Assembly (NCBI GenBank): GCA_030595325.1
Contig: JAUVDN010000002.1
Coordinates: 705 to 64,704 of the forward strand
Length of the DNA stretch: 64,000 bases
Source: Gammaproteobacteria bacterium
Lineage (GTDB): Bacteria; Pseudomonadota; Gammaproteobacteria; SZUA-229
Direction of reading: 5' to 3'
The notes beneath the pieces were generated by a model. The model searched no databases, was not told the origin of the DNA, and was given only the letters and a program-made list of their open reading frames with translations. Shown here in pieces: positions 27,502 through 40,152 of this stretch. Within the stretch, counting starts at the first letter, position 1; every line of letters starts with the position of its first letter. A program made the position numbers and the translations under genes.

Positions 27502-28221
27502 TTATTTAATATGGTTTGTTTTTGTAATTAATTTGGTTGCACCAGCAACGGCAACCGGCATAGCAAAAAAGTTAATGACAGGGATGCTGGTTAACACGAA
27601 TACTGCACTGCCTAAGCCGAGTGAGCACATCCGGTGTTTTCTATTATACGTTTGTACCTCGGAAAAGTAGTCGCCGCGGTTAGCTAGCGGGTAGTCATTA
27701 TATTCCAGCGCAAAGAACCATGCGGCAAATATTATCCATAAAAAGGGTGAGATGATATTGATTACCGGGATAAACGTAATGATGATGAGTGGGATGAACC
27801 ACTTGATGGCATATAGAATCTTCTGTAGTTCTGACTTTGTGGTGCGATAAATCAGTTTAATAAATCCATCTGAATTGATGTCTTCAGGTTTTTTACCGGT
27901 CAACATTGCTTCTATCCTCGATGATAATATGCTGTTGAAAGGCGCTGAAATCAAGTTGGCGACTACGGTAAAACTGTAGAAAACAATCAACAGTGCGGCT
28001 AATGCAAATAATGGCCATATCAACCATTCAAGCCAACCCAGCCAGCTCGGTAATAATTTATCTACCCAGATGCCCAGTTGCTCGCCTAATAACTTAGTTG
28101 CAAAAGAGAACAGGGCAACGTTAATGATAAACGGGATGAGCACGAAGCGTTTAATGCCGGGTTTAAACAATAAACCGAAACCGCTGAAGCCATCGAGAAA
28201 GCCTTTTATAAATGAAAACAT
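27502..28221 (-). CDS. cysZ: Sulfate transporter CysZ
   Basis: GFGLLFKPGIKRFVLIPFIINV...ISAPFNSILSSRIEAMLTGK...FALEYNDYPLAN...MPVAVAGATK is colinear with E. coli CysZ. Confidence 0.85.
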   Translation of the reverse strand: MFSFIKGFLDGFSGFGLLFKPGIKRFVLIPFIINVALFSFATKLLGEQLGIWVDKLLPSWLGWLEWLIWPLFALAALLIVFYSFTVVANLISAPFNSILSSRIEAMLTGKKPEDINSDGFIKLIYRTTKSELQKILYAIKWFIPLIIITFIPVINIISPFLWIIFAAWFFALEYNDYPLANRGDYFSEVQTYNRKHRMCSLGLGSAVFVLTSIPVINFFAMPVAVAGATKLITKTNHIK

Positions 28222-28235
28222 AATTGAGAATAGTT

Positions 28236-29564
28236 TTAAGTTTTAAGTTTTAAGTCTTTGCAGCCTTGTCTTGCTAATAAAGCACTACCGTAGCAGGCTT
28301 CACTATTGACTGCATTTAGGATATCTATACCTGTCGTGCGGGCGCGTATTTTTGTCCATGCCGTATTTTTATTGCCGCCGCCGGTGGTAAATATTCTTCG
28401 TGGTAATGCTGCACCTAGTTCTTTAAGTTTGTTGTAGCCTTGTGCTTCGACAGCAGATATTCCTTCCAGTAATGCCTGAAAGAATTCCACATTAGAAGAG
28501 GGGCGTGGACTGATGCTACTCTGTTTGTTGCTATCATTTAACGGGAAGCGTTCGCCTGTGCCTGGTAATGGATAATAATTTAATTCGGTCGGCTGTTCAG
28601 GTTTTAGTTGTGGCATCATTTCATCGAGTTGCATTTTTGTAAAATGCTGCAATAGAACCGCACCACCTGAATTAGAAGCGCCACCCACCAGCCAGTGACC
28701 ATTTATACGGTGGCTATAGATACCATACTCAGCTGAAAAAATGGGTCTGTTGGTGAAAATTTTAATGACCAGGGTACTGCCAAGGGAGGTGACAGCATCA
28801 CCTATTTTATTTGCACCTGTTGCCAGCACTGCGGCGTTACTGTCGGTGGTGCCGGCAATAACAACACAGTCTTCAGCCAGTGCATATCTACCAATAAGTG
28901 CCGGTTTTACATTGGCAATAACCGTTCCAGGGGTAACAACTTTGGGTAATAGATTTACTGCGATAGCTGTTTCTTCGTTTGCTTGAAGCCAGTCAGGCCA
29001 TTGTTGGGTAATGCTGTCGTAACCCATTTTCAAACAATTGTTCTCATCGCTGATACCATAGAGCCCTGTCAAAGACGCAGCTAACCAGTCAGCCTGATGA
29101 CAGAAAATTTCAGTTTGTGGAAACCTCTCTAATAACAAGAGCACTTTAGCCAATGAAGAAGTTGCGCTATGCACTGCGCTTTTAGCTGGTGCAAACCGAC
29201 TGATTTTTTCAGCCTGTTTTTGACTTTGCTGATCGTTATACATCAATGCAGGTGAAAGTGCGCTGCCATCTTTTTTACAGGCGATCAGCGTACTCGATGT
29301 GCCATCAATAGAAATGGCTTTAATCTGGTGTACGGTTTCCTGTCGTTGTAACTGGTGGCTTATCTCGCTTAGTAATTCATCGAGTTGAATCAGCCAGGGC
29401 CCTGGATCTTGTTCATTGACACCATTTTGTGAAGTGTTTGAATTGCATTGACTGCTATCAAACAACAAGTGGTGTTTTATAATTTCTTCGCCATTGTCAT
29501 CGATGCAGCAGCCCCGGATGCCCGAGGTGCCTATGTCAATGCCAAGGTAAACAGCGGTGCTCAC
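28236..29564 (-). CDS. FGGY-family carbohydrate kinase
   Basis: N-terminal LGIDIGTSGIRG ATPase motif and C-terminal TTGGGNKN motif region. Confidence 0.75.
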   Translation of the reverse strand: MSTAVYLGIDIGTSGIRGCCIDDNGEEIIKHHLLFDSSQCNSNTSQNGVNEQDPGPWLIQLDELLSEISHQLQRQETVHQIKAISIDGTSSTLIACKKDGSALSPALMYNDQQSQKQAEKISRFAPAKSAVHSATSSLAKVLLLLERFPQTEIFCHQADWLAASLTGLYGISDENNCLKMGYDSITQQWPDWLQANEETAIAVNLLPKVVTPGTVIANVKPALIGRYALAEDCVVIAGTTDSNAAVLATGANKIGDAVTSLGSTLVIKIFTNRPIFSAEYGIYSHRINGHWLVGGASNSGGAVLLQHFTKMQLDEMMPQLKPEQPTELNYYPLPGTGERFPLNDSNKQSSISPRPSSNVEFFQALLEGISAVEAQGYNKLKELGAALPRRIFTTGGGNKNTAWTKIRARTTGIDILNAVNSEACYGSALLARQGCKDLKLKT

Positions 29565-29576
29565 GAAAGACAGGTT

Positions 29577-29996
29577 TTAAGGCAGTGTGATAACAGCGGG
29601 TGCAACCCAGGTTGGTTTTTTATGCTCGGCGACGACGGTTGTATAAACCCCACCGCGAACATTAAATTCTGCCGTTAGACGCATAAATCGCGGATCACAA
29701 GCATTACAAAGGTCTGTAAGAATTTCGTTGGTGACTGCTTCGTGGAATGCACCTTCATCGCGAAATGACCAGATGTACATTTTCAATGATTTCAGCTCGA
29801 TACAACTTTTTTCCGGTACGTATTCCAGGTCCAGAGTAGCGAAGTCAGGCTGTCCTGTTTTCGGGCATAAGCAGGTGAATTCAGGCAGGCGGATACGAAT
29901 CGTGTAGTCACGTTCAGGGGTCGGGTTATCGAATATTTCCAGTTCTTTAGAAGGCTTTGTTGCCATGATCGGTCTCGGTGCAAATAAAGCCGACAT
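29577..29996 (-). CDS. queF: NADPH-dependent 7-cyano-7-deazaguanine (preQ0) reductase, type I
   Basis: [18 protein letters not shown] and [13 protein letters not shown] motifs. The start could instead be Met11 (29966). Confidence 0.9.
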   Translation of the reverse strand: MSALFAPRPIMATKPSKELEIFDNPTPERDYTIRIRLPEFTCLCPKTGQPDFATLDLEYVPEKSCIELKSLKMYIWSFRDEGAFHEAVTNEILTDLCNACDPRFMRLTAEFNVRGGVYTTVVAEHKKPTWVAPAVITLP

Positions 29997-30219
29997 TATA
30001 CAGAATAACGCATTAATTTTATATTACTGATGAGTAATATTAATAGGTTTTAATGTTCGTGTTCTAATGAATTCAGCAGCTTACATTCGCTAATTAAACA
30101 ACTGCTAAAGCTCGTGAAATTTTCCTTAAAAAGAAGCTCAAATCGCTCTTATAATGCGGACGGAGTCATGTAAACTACGCCAAATATCTTTAAATTTATC
30201 TACTGAATTATAAAAAATA

Positions 30220-33200
30220 ATGCGTTTAAGCACGATTAAGCTCTCTGGATTTAAATCTTTCGTCGATCCAACCACAATCAATTTCCCCAGTAATTTAACA
30301 GGTATTGTTGGCCCTAATGGCTGTGGAAAATCCAATACCATTGATGCAGTGCGCTGGGTCATGGGTGAATCATCGGCTAAACATCTGCGTGGCGCTTCCA
30401 TGGATGACGTCATTTTTAATGGTTCATCATCCAGAAAACCTATTGATACTGCCTCCGTTGAGCTTATCTTTGACAACAGTGAAGGGAAGTTAGGTGGTCA
30501 ATACGCTAACTATGCTGAGATTTCAGTTAAGCGTCAGGTTACGCGCGAAGGCGCTTCGAAATACAGTTTAAATGGCACACGCTGTCGTCGTCGTGATGTT
30601 GCAGATTTATTTTTGGGCACCGGTTTAGGTCCGCGCAGTTATGCCATTATCGAGCAGGGCATGATTTCAAGATTGATTGAAGCTAAACCTGAAGAATTAC
30701 GTAGTTTTCTTGAAGAAGCAGCGGGTATATCCAAATACAAAGAACGTCGCCGTGAAACCGAAACACGGATCAGGCATACCCGTGAGAATCTTGATCGGTT
30801 GTCGGATTTACGTGAAGAGATAGAAAAACAACTTGCAAGATTGCAGCGCCAGAGCCGTAGTGCCGAGCGTTATAAAGAATTCAAACAGGATGAGCGTGAG
30901 CTAAAAGCCGAGCATCTAACATTACATTGGCGTGAACTTAAAGTTGAACTTGATGACCGTGATAAAAATATACAGAGTACAGAAACTTCTTTAGAGCAGG
31001 TTATTGCTGAGCAGCGTTCGACCGAATCGGATATTGAATCGAATAGGGAACAAGGCACCAAATCCAATGAAGTATTGAATAACGTGCAGGCTGAATATTA
31101 CCGCTTGGGCGCCGATATATCAGCAAAAGAACAGAACATTAAACATCAGCAGGATCTGTTGCAGCGTCAACAGACTGATCTACAGCAGATTGAAACAGCA
31201 CTGGCGGATGCTAGTCAGGCTATCCAGTCAGATAAACAGGCAATTGAAGAGTTTCAAAAAAATCTGTTGCAAGAAGAGCCGCAGCTAATCGTTCTGAAAA
31301 CACAGGAAGACGAGAGCACCGCATCATTCCAGCAATCTGAACAGGCGATGCAAACCTGGCAGTTACAGTGGGATGAAAGTAATCAGCGCTATTCTGCAGA
31401 AAGTCAGAAAGCGCAGATCGAACGTTCACGTATGGAACAATTGGAGCGCCACGTCGATCAGTTGAAACAACGTTTACAGAAGATTGATGTTGAGAAGCAG
31501 GCGCTACGTGGTGAGAATCTTGAAGAACAGATTTCGGATCTAAACGTTCTACTGAAAAAATCCACAGAAGAAAAAGAAACCAATGAACAGCAATTAACGG
31601 ATGCTATTTCTCAGATAAGACAAACCCGCGAAAAAATCTCAACGGTTGAGCAGCAGTCGGCCGATGTACGTCGTAATGTTCACCAGTTTCAAGGCAGCCT
31701 GTCTTCGATGGAAGCCTTGCAGGAAGCCGCACTGGGTAAAACAGATAAAGCCGCACAGCAGTGGCTGGAAAAAAGCGGTATCAATAAAAATGCACGTTTT
31801 GCAGAACAGCTGGATGTAAAGGACGGTTGGGAGCTTGCTGTTGAAACGGTATTGGGTGATACATTAGAAGCGGTTTGTGTTGATGATATCGATCAATTTT
31901 CGTCTGCATTAAGCAGTCTGGAAAACAGCAATGTTTCATTGATAGAAAAAGGTCAGTCCGCTGCGGCTACGAGCACGGTAGCGGGACTGTTGCTTGAGCA
32001 AGTGTCGTCTGCTGTTAATCTGAGCCAGTTCCTGCACGGAATACGCTGTACTGAAACATTGGACGAGGCGTTAAAAATGCGCCACTCGTTAGCCAGTGAT
32101 GAAAGTATTATTACAAAAGATGGAATCTGGTTGGGTTCTAACTGGTTGCGTATCAGTCGTGACACAGATGCCAGTACTGGTGTTCTAGCGCGTGAAAACA
32201 GTATTCGTGAATGCCAGCAGCAGTTATCTGAACTGGAAGCAAAAGCTGAAAAGTTTAATCTTGAGTTAACGGAATTACGTGGCAATTTGCAGAGCAAAGA
32301 GCAGCAGCGTGAAGAAATACAAACACAGCTAAACACTATTCATTCACGTTTGAATGAGATCAAAGCGCAAATTACAGCGCGTGAATCTCGCCATGAGCAC
32401 ATAACCAGCCGCGGTAAAGATCTTGATGCTGAGCTTGATGAGACGCAAAAATTAATCAGCAACGACGAAGCTGATGTCGATGCGGCAACAAAAAGTCGAA
32501 ATGCAGCCTTGGAAAATGCTGAAACAATGGAAGCGGACAGAAAAGTTCTGCAAGGTCAGCGTGATGAGTTACAGCAAGAATTACAGCAGCACAGAAGCAA
32601 TTTGCAGCAGCATCGTGAGCAGGCGCATCAGCTGGCTATACGTGTTGAAGGTTTAAAGACACGCTTAAGCGGTTTGCAGCATAACATTCAACGCATGGAA
32701 CAAGCGCAGACGGCACAGTTGCAGCGCAAGCAAGAACTGGAATCGCTGTTATCACAATCTACACAGCCAACAGAACAATTAGAAGCTGAATTAAAAGTGT
32801 TGTTGGGTCAGCGATTAACTACTGAAGAAGGGCTGGCAGAGGCTCGTCGTAAAGTAGAAGGCATAACGCATACACTTCGAAAACTTGAGCAGCAGCGTAG
32901 TGAGTACGAGCAAAAATCACAATTGGTACGTTCTCAGTTAGAGAAGCTTCGTCTTGATAGTCAGGAAACCCGTGTACGCAGCAAGACTACGCTGGAGCAA
33001 TTGGATGAAACTGGTTTTGAATTAGACGTAGTACTGGCAACACTGCGCGAATTAGAGTCGGATGATAATCTGGCGACGAGTAAGCAGTGGGAGTCTCGAC
33101 TGGCTGAAGTGGCACAGAAAATATCACGTCTGGGACCAATCAATCTGGCCGCTATCGATGAATATAAAGAGCAGTTACAACGCAAAGAATATCTGGATGA

Positions 33201-33750
33201 TCAGGATAAAGACGTCAATGCGGCGTTAGCAATCTTAGAAGAAGCTATCGCTAAAATTGATAAAGAGACACGTACTCGATTTAAAGATACATTTGATCAT
33301 GTGAATTCGCGTATCAAGGATATGTTCCCTAAATTATTCGGTGGCGGCATCGCTTATCTTGAGATGACGGGCGATGATTTGTTGAGCACGGGTGTTACAA
33401 TCATGGCAAGACCACCGGGTAAGCGAATTTCAAATATTCACCTGATGTCGGGTGGTGAGAAAGCATTAACCGCAGTCGCGTTAGTCTTTGCGATTTTTGA
33501 GTTGAATCCTGCGCCATTTTGTATGCTTGATGAAGTTGATGCACCGCTCGATGAAGCCAATGTTGGCAGATTCTGTCAATTGGTTAAAGAAATGTCATCA
33601 CGTGTGCAGTTTATTTTTATCACGCATAATAAGACGACGATGGAGATTTCAGAACATCTAAGTGGTGTAACAATGCGTGAGTCAGGCGTCTCTCGTCTGG
33701 TATCGGTTGATGTTGCTGAAGCAGCAACGATGGCGGGTGTAGGAGCGTAG
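30220..33750 (+). CDS. smc: Chromosome partition protein SMC
   Basis: N-terminal Walker A (GPNGCGKSN), long coiled coils, a hinge, the C-terminal signature LSGGEK and Walker B (FCMLDEVDAPLD). Confidence 0.95.
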   Translation: MRLSTIKLSGFKSFVDPTTINFPSNLTGIVGPNGCGKSNTIDAVRWVMGESSAKHLRGASMDDVIFNGSSSRKPIDTASVELIFDNSEGKLGGQYANYAEISVKRQVTREGASKYSLNGTRCRRRDVADLFLGTGLGPRSYAIIEQGMISRLIEAKPEELRSFLEEAAGISKYKERRRETETRIRHTRENLDRLSDLREEIEKQLARLQRQSRSAERYKEFKQDERELKAEHLTLHWRELKVELDDRDKNIQSTETSLEQVIAEQRSTESDIESNREQGTKSNEVLNNVQAEYYRLGADISAKEQNIKHQQDLLQRQQTDLQQIETALADASQAIQSDKQAIEEFQKNLLQEEPQLIVLKTQEDESTASFQQSEQAMQTWQLQWDESNQRYSAESQKAQIERSRMEQLERHVDQLKQRLQKIDVEKQALRGENLEEQISDLNVLLKKSTEEKETNEQQLTDAISQIRQTREKISTVEQQSADVRRNVHQFQGSLSSMEALQEAALGKTDKAAQQWLEKSGINKNARFAEQLDVKDGWELAVETVLGDTLEAVCVDDIDQFSSALSSLENSNVSLIEKGQSAAATSTVAGLLLEQVSSAVNLSQFLHGIRCTETLDEALKMRHSLASDESIITKDGIWLGSNWLRISRDTDASTGVLARENSIRECQQQLSELEAKAEKFNLELTELRGNLQSKEQQREEIQTQLNTIHSRLNEIKAQITARESRHEHITSRGKDLDAELDETQKLISNDEADVDAATKSRNAALENAETMEADRKVLQGQRDELQQELQQHRSNLQQHREQAHQLAIRVEGLKTRLSGLQHNIQRMEQAQTAQLQRKQELESLLSQSTQPTEQLEAELKVLLGQRLTTEEGLAEARRKVEGITHTLRKLEQQRSEYEQKSQLVRSQLEKLRLDSQETRVRSKTTLEQLDETGFELDVVLATLRELESDDNLATSKQWESRLAEVAQKISRLGPINLAAIDEYKEQLQRKEYLDDQDKDVNAALAILEEAIAKIDKETRTRFKDTFDHVNSRIKDMFPKLFGGGIAYLEMTGDDLLSTGVTIMARPPGKRISNIHLMSGGEKALTAVALVFAIFELNPAPFCMLDEVDAPLDEANVGRFCQLVKEMSSRVQFIFITHNKTTMEISEHLSGVTMRESGVSRLVSVDVAEAATMAGVGA

Positions 33751-33752
33751 GG

Positions 33753-34517
33753 GTGGAATCACTGCGCTGGATATTACTCGTTGCGGGCATCGCCTTTGTA
33801 TTGGTAATTTTTATCTTAGGTAACAGTCGGCGTCAGCGGAACCGTTCGGCTGTAGATGAGCTAGAAGATGATTTGCCTGAATTTTCTGCACAATCACTTG
33901 ATGATATGGATGAAGGTGTTGGTGAAGTAAGGGTTGTAACGAGTTCCGGTAATGGCTTAGAGCAAGACTCGGATGATGAATCTGCTGCTTCAGATATCTT
34001 TGTTGATGGCGTTAATGACAACACTAATGGTAGCATTAATGAAACAACTGAAGATTCTATAGAGGGTGAAACCGCTACCGCGGATAACAATCCGTCTGAT
34101 ATTGTTGTTTTATATATTCTTCCTAAACCGGATGAAATGCTTTTAGGTGCAGAAATTAATAGTTCTGCTCAGGCCATGGGGCTCTCTTTTGGTGAGATGA
34201 ATATCTTTCATTTTATTCGAGGTGACCGTAATGTATTTAGTCTGGCCAACATGCTGGAGCCAGGCTCATTTGATGCAGATACAATTCATGATTTAAAAAC
34301 CACGGGATTAACTGTATTTATGCAGTTTTCAGGTGATGATCCGTTAGATGATTTGACCGAAATGCTACAGCGTACCTATCAATTGGCTGGTCTGCTTGGT
34401 GCGTGTCTGTGTAACCATAAGCGTGAGCCGTTAACGGAGCAGGATGCAGAAAATTATCGTGCAAAGGTTAATGACTTTATTGCTAATCAATCACCAGAGT
34501 TATCAACTGAAGCCTAA
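33753..34517 (+). CDS. zipA: Cell division protein ZipA
   Basis: N-terminal TM, GVGEVRVV motif, acidic linker, and a C-terminal FtsZ-binding domain (FSLANMLEPGSFD...GLTVFMQ). GTG start. smc-zipA-ligA order. Confidence 0.85.
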   Translation: MESLRWILLVAGIAFVLVIFILGNSRRQRNRSAVDELEDDLPEFSAQSLDDMDEGVGEVRVVTSSGNGLEQDSDDESAASDIFVDGVNDNTNGSINETTEDSIEGETATADNNPSDIVVLYILPKPDEMLLGAEINSSAQAMGLSFGEMNIFHFIRGDRNVFSLANMLEPGSFDADTIHDLKTTGLTVFMQFSGDDPLDDLTEMLQRTYQLAGLLGACLCNHKREPLTEQDAENYRAKVNDFIANQSPELSTEA

Positions 34518-34560
34518 ACTAAGTCTTCACCTAATGGCTATCGTGGCAAAAAATAATTAG

Positions 34561-36579
<2,019 letters not shown>

Positions 36580-36627
36580 TTGATTGCATAATTTAAATAA
36601 TGCATTCAATTAATATCTAGTCCTAAT

Positions 36628-37644
36628 CTAGCCGTGTCTTATTTTTTTTAACGGGTGCTGATTCAGGTATGCATCTAATCCAGGGAAATTTCTTGTGCCG
36701 TTATTCTGTGGTGGTCTGCGACGCAACATACTGAAGTCATTCGCATTTAGAACACGTTTTAGCCTGGCCTGATTTTGTCCTAGGCCATTGATGTAATGTT
36801 TTTCACCTTCGAAGTGTGCAACTTCATAACCATAGACTTTATTGAACAATGTGTTTAACCGTTTCTCTACCTCATTTGAATAAAAGGCAGGTGTCTTACG
36901 CAGCAGGTCTTCACCTGATTCGAATAAAATAACTTCATTGCCCTTGTCATCGACAGTAACGGTCATACCGCCAAGAACGAACTCAGGGTATAAGCGATCA
37001 CGGCATTTTTCAAGATAGCAACGATCTGACATCTGTGCGATTAAGTCAGCTGAGCCTAGCATCTGGCCGAGTAGGTGCCATCTATCGTCAGGTAGGCGAA
37101 TATTCTTCGGTGCTATTTCATAACCGGTGTAATGCACCATGTTGGCTGAAATTTGTGCATATTTTCCCATGTTGACCTTATGCAGGTAACGTTTTAAAAA
37201 ATCGGCACTGCGTGAGACGTGAACAGGTGTGTATTCCGCACCGTTAAAGTGTCGGCGATCACGTTGGTGTCGAATATAACCGGAATCGTGATACAGGGCG
37301 GTGATGATGGCAATTACAGCGCGTTCTGCGCCAATGCGCTGGTCTTTGGCAACACTGCGCTCGTGACCGCTGATAAGACGTGCTAATGCCAACGTCATAT
37401 CCATAGAATGCTGTTTGTCGTGATATAAAGCATCACAGGCTAAATATGTTGGGTAATCACCTTCAAATAAACGCTCACAGTCATCGAATGCCTGCTTTAG
37501 TGCTACTTCATTAAAGGAGTTAAATACACTGCGAAAGATAGTGGACACAGCGTCGTGCACGCTATCTGCGTAAGTGAGTTTTACATTATCCGTAATGTCA
37601 TATTCTGAGCGCCTTTCTTTCATATCGCTTTTCAAATGTGTCAT
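36628..37644 (-). CDS. HD-domain protein (putative metal-dependent phosphohydrolase)
   Basis: H...HD...D pattern: YHDKQHS, TALYHDSGYIRH, GSADLIAQM. No other motif recognised. Confidence 0.5.
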   Translation of the reverse strand: MTHLKSDMKERRSEYDITDNVKLTYADSVHDAVSTIFRSVFNSFNEVALKQAFDDCERLFEGDYPTYLACDALYHDKQHSMDMTLALARLISGHERSVAKDQRIGAERAVIAIITALYHDSGYIRHQRDRRHFNGAEYTPVHVSRSADFLKRYLHKVNMGKYAQISANMVHYTGYEIAPKNIRLPDDRWHLLGQMLGSADLIAQMSDRCYLEKCRDRLYPEFVLGGMTVTVDDKGNEVILFESGEDLLRKTPAFYSNEVEKRLNTLFNKVYGYEVAHFEGEKHYINGLGQNQARLKRVLNANDFSMLRRRPPQNNGTRNFPGLDAYLNQHPLKKIRHG

Positions 37645-37783
37645 TGTTAATACACTGTCCTTTGCAAGAAAAGACCTACATCCTTGTGGGCATAATATAT
37701 TTATAGACGAAATTCACAAAATTGCACAGCGACAGTGTCTGGAACTGTGAACCAGTTCATGTTTTTAAGCTATCGCAGTGTGC

Positions 37784-39988
37784 CTATTTTGAGGTGTGGG
37801 TGAAGCTGCCGTCCCAGTCTGCATCAGGAGGGGTTTCACGGTAATGCATGATACGATCGAGGTAAATTTTATAAATCTTGCGGTCTGGGTCTAGCTGACT
37901 GAGGCCAAAGATTTCTCTTTCAGCCGCGTCCCAGTTCTGTGCGCGGTACTGCTTAATACCGATATGGAATTGCTTGAGCAGTTTTCGGTCAGATTTTGAA
38001 ATATTTTCCAATAAACCCAGTGGTTCGTAGATGGTAACGGGTTTCTTTTTACCCTTAACGCGTACCCGATCGAGTTCGCGGAATTCAAATTCTGGAACTT
38101 CGTGGCGGGTGAATTCACTGGTGATGATATCCACACCGTAGATTTTGGTTAAGCCTTCAAGCCGTGAGCCGAGGTTCACGGAATCACCTAGTACGGTGTA
38201 ATCCACCCGGAACTCTGAACCTTTGTTACCGACATTCATGATTCCGCTACTTACACCGACGCCAACATATATTTCTGGCCACTGTTTTTCGGAAAATTCC
38301 TTTCTTAAGGGGGTCATGCGCTCGACGACGTCGATGGCCGCATTTAGCGCGTGCAGAGCATGCTGCTTATCATCTAGTGGGGCTCCCCAGAATGCCATAA
38401 CGCAATCGCCCATGTATTTATCTATGGTGCCGCGATTGTCATGAATAACCTTTGTAATCGGCGTTAAGAATGCATTGATGTAATCGGTTAGCTCTTTTGG
38501 TTCCAGACCTTCAGAGATAGTGGTAAAACCACGCACATCAGAAAATAAAACAGACATTTCGCGCATTTCACCATCGAGACTGATTTCTTCCATCTTTACA
38601 CTTATTTCATCAACCAGTTCCGGTGGTACGTATTGACCGAAGAGGTGAGCGAGTCGTCGTTTACCACGTGATTCAACGAAGAAGCCATAGGTCATCTGCA
38701 GAGCAAACAACATAACAACGAGTACGACGGATGAAGCTATGGGCAGTACAAGTTGCGCGCTCGTCCAGGCGTAAAAATTAGTGCCGATTAACAGGAGGAT
38801 ACTGCCAATGATAATCAGTGTGGAAAACAGTGCAGAGAGCATTGGCAAGGTGAAAGTCAGGAGGATACCTATAGCGATGATTAAAATAAATTCAAAGCCT
38901 TGCGTGTAACCTGGTGCGTGTAATATTCGTCCATCGAGTATGCCCTGAATGATATTGGCATGCACTTCAACTCCTGGATAAGCAGGTTCGAGAGGAATGG
39001 TTCGCAGATCGAGTAAACCTGGTGCAGAAGTACCAAAGAGTGCAATTTTTCCTTGTAGCTTTGTTTTATCCGCTATTTTATTTAAGACGTCACTTGCTGA
39101 AATATAATCGAAGCTTTTTTGTCTGCCGATGTAAGGGACCAGTATGCCGGATTGATGGTCGACCGGGATGGCTAGTTCACCGATAGTTATCCATTCCAGA
39201 AAAAGATCGTAGGTATCACTGGTTTCTACAACCAGTTCTATAGGCGGTTGACCGGAAGCGACTCTTGCTAAAGCTAAAGCCAGCGACTCATGTAATTCAT
39301 TTTCATATGTCTGCAGTAGTGGTACACGTCTAAACACACCGTCGTCATCTAATAATGGGTTATTGAAAAAACCGCCACTGTAGGCGCTATCCTGAAGCAC
39401 TTTCAGGTTTGCGGTATAACCAACCGTTTTATTTACGGCTAGTTTAGAGAGAATATTTTTATCCAGTTTGGTTATAGCAGTGGGCAGGCCACCTTTTTTT
39501 GTATCGGTGTCCATCACGAAACCCATGACAGTTTTTCTGTCTCTTAAGGATTCTGCAAAACGCAGGTCGTGTTGTAGTGAGGGCATCACCTGATTGTATT
39601 CTTCGATAAATAGAGGGTCGTCCTTCAGCGAACCTTTTGCCATCTTATCGAGCAACTTGGCACCTTCATCGACATCTTCTTCGGCAAACACGATATCGTA
39701 ACCGATGGTTGTAATCTCGTAGTGATCAAATAGAGCATCATTTATTTTTGCGAGAATATTACGGTTCCATGGCCATTGTCCTATTACTTCAAGACTCTTT
39801 TCATCGATATCGATGATGATTACTTTCTTATCGACGTTTTCTGGCAGGGTGATTTTGAGTCGCGCATCATAAGCCTGATTTTCCAGGCTGGTTAAAATCG
39901 GGATATGGATTATATTTCCTACGTGAAGCAGAAATACAAGCGTAAGCAAAAGACTTAATGCGTATCGAATAATTCGTTGAATATCCAC
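37784..39988 (-). CDS. CHASE2-sensor class III adenylate/guanylate cyclase
   Basis: N-terminal TM followed by a CHASE2-type extracytoplasmic domain (IIDIDEKSLEVIGQWPWNR), a TM cluster, then the cyclase domain (SVLFSDVRGFTTISE...KYMGDCVMAFWGAP...NLGSRLE). GTG start. Confidence 0.85.
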   Translation of the reverse strand: MDIQRIIRYALSLLLTLVFLLHVGNIIHIPILTSLENQAYDARLKITLPENVDKKVIIIDIDEKSLEVIGQWPWNRNILAKINDALFDHYEITTIGYDIVFAEEDVDEGAKLLDKMAKGSLKDDPLFIEEYNQVMPSLQHDLRFAESLRDRKTVMGFVMDTDTKKGGLPTAITKLDKNILSKLAVNKTVGYTANLKVLQDSAYSGGFFNNPLLDDDGVFRRVPLLQTYENELHESLALALARVASGQPPIELVVETSDTYDLFLEWITIGELAIPVDHQSGILVPYIGRQKSFDYISASDVLNKIADKTKLQGKIALFGTSAPGLLDLRTIPLEPAYPGVEVHANIIQGILDGRILHAPGYTQGFEFILIIAIGILLTFTLPMLSALFSTLIIIGSILLLIGTNFYAWTSAQLVLPIASSVVLVVMLFALQMTYGFFVESRGKRRLAHLFGQYVPPELVDEISVKMEEISLDGEMREMSVLFSDVRGFTTISEGLEPKELTDYINAFLTPITKVIHDNRGTIDKYMGDCVMAFWGAPLDDKQHALHALNAAIDVVERMTPLRKEFSEKQWPEIYVGVGVSSGIMNVGNKGSEFRVDYTVLGDSVNLGSRLEGLTKIYGVDIITSEFTRHEVPEFEFRELDRVRVKGKKKPVTIYEPLGLLENISKSDRKLLKQFHIGIKQYRAQNWDAAEREIFGLSQLDPDRKIYKIYLDRIMHYRETPPDADWDGSFTHTSK

Positions 39989-40152
39989 GGGGTATCCCTG
40001 ATTGTTGTTTTTATTAAGATGCTTTTTTTATTGATACTAGGAAAGTAGCAAAAAATGCTGGGTAAAGCTATGAATACAGCAGATGTTGCATATTTTATGT
40101 AGAATTACGGTGATAATGGTGCAAATAATTTTGGGGTGACCTTAGAGTGAAA

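Noticed and set aside
30138-30476. 112-aa minus-strand ORF overlapping the smc start
   Set aside because: It overlaps the highly conserved SMC Walker A coding region and has no motifs. It is a shadow ORF.
36580-36609. AT-rich imperfect hairpin ttgattgcat-N10-atgcattcaa between convergent ligA and the HD gene, as a bidirectional terminator
   Set aside because: It has one mismatch, very low GC and no clear U-tract on either strand. It is plausible but not supportable as a feature.
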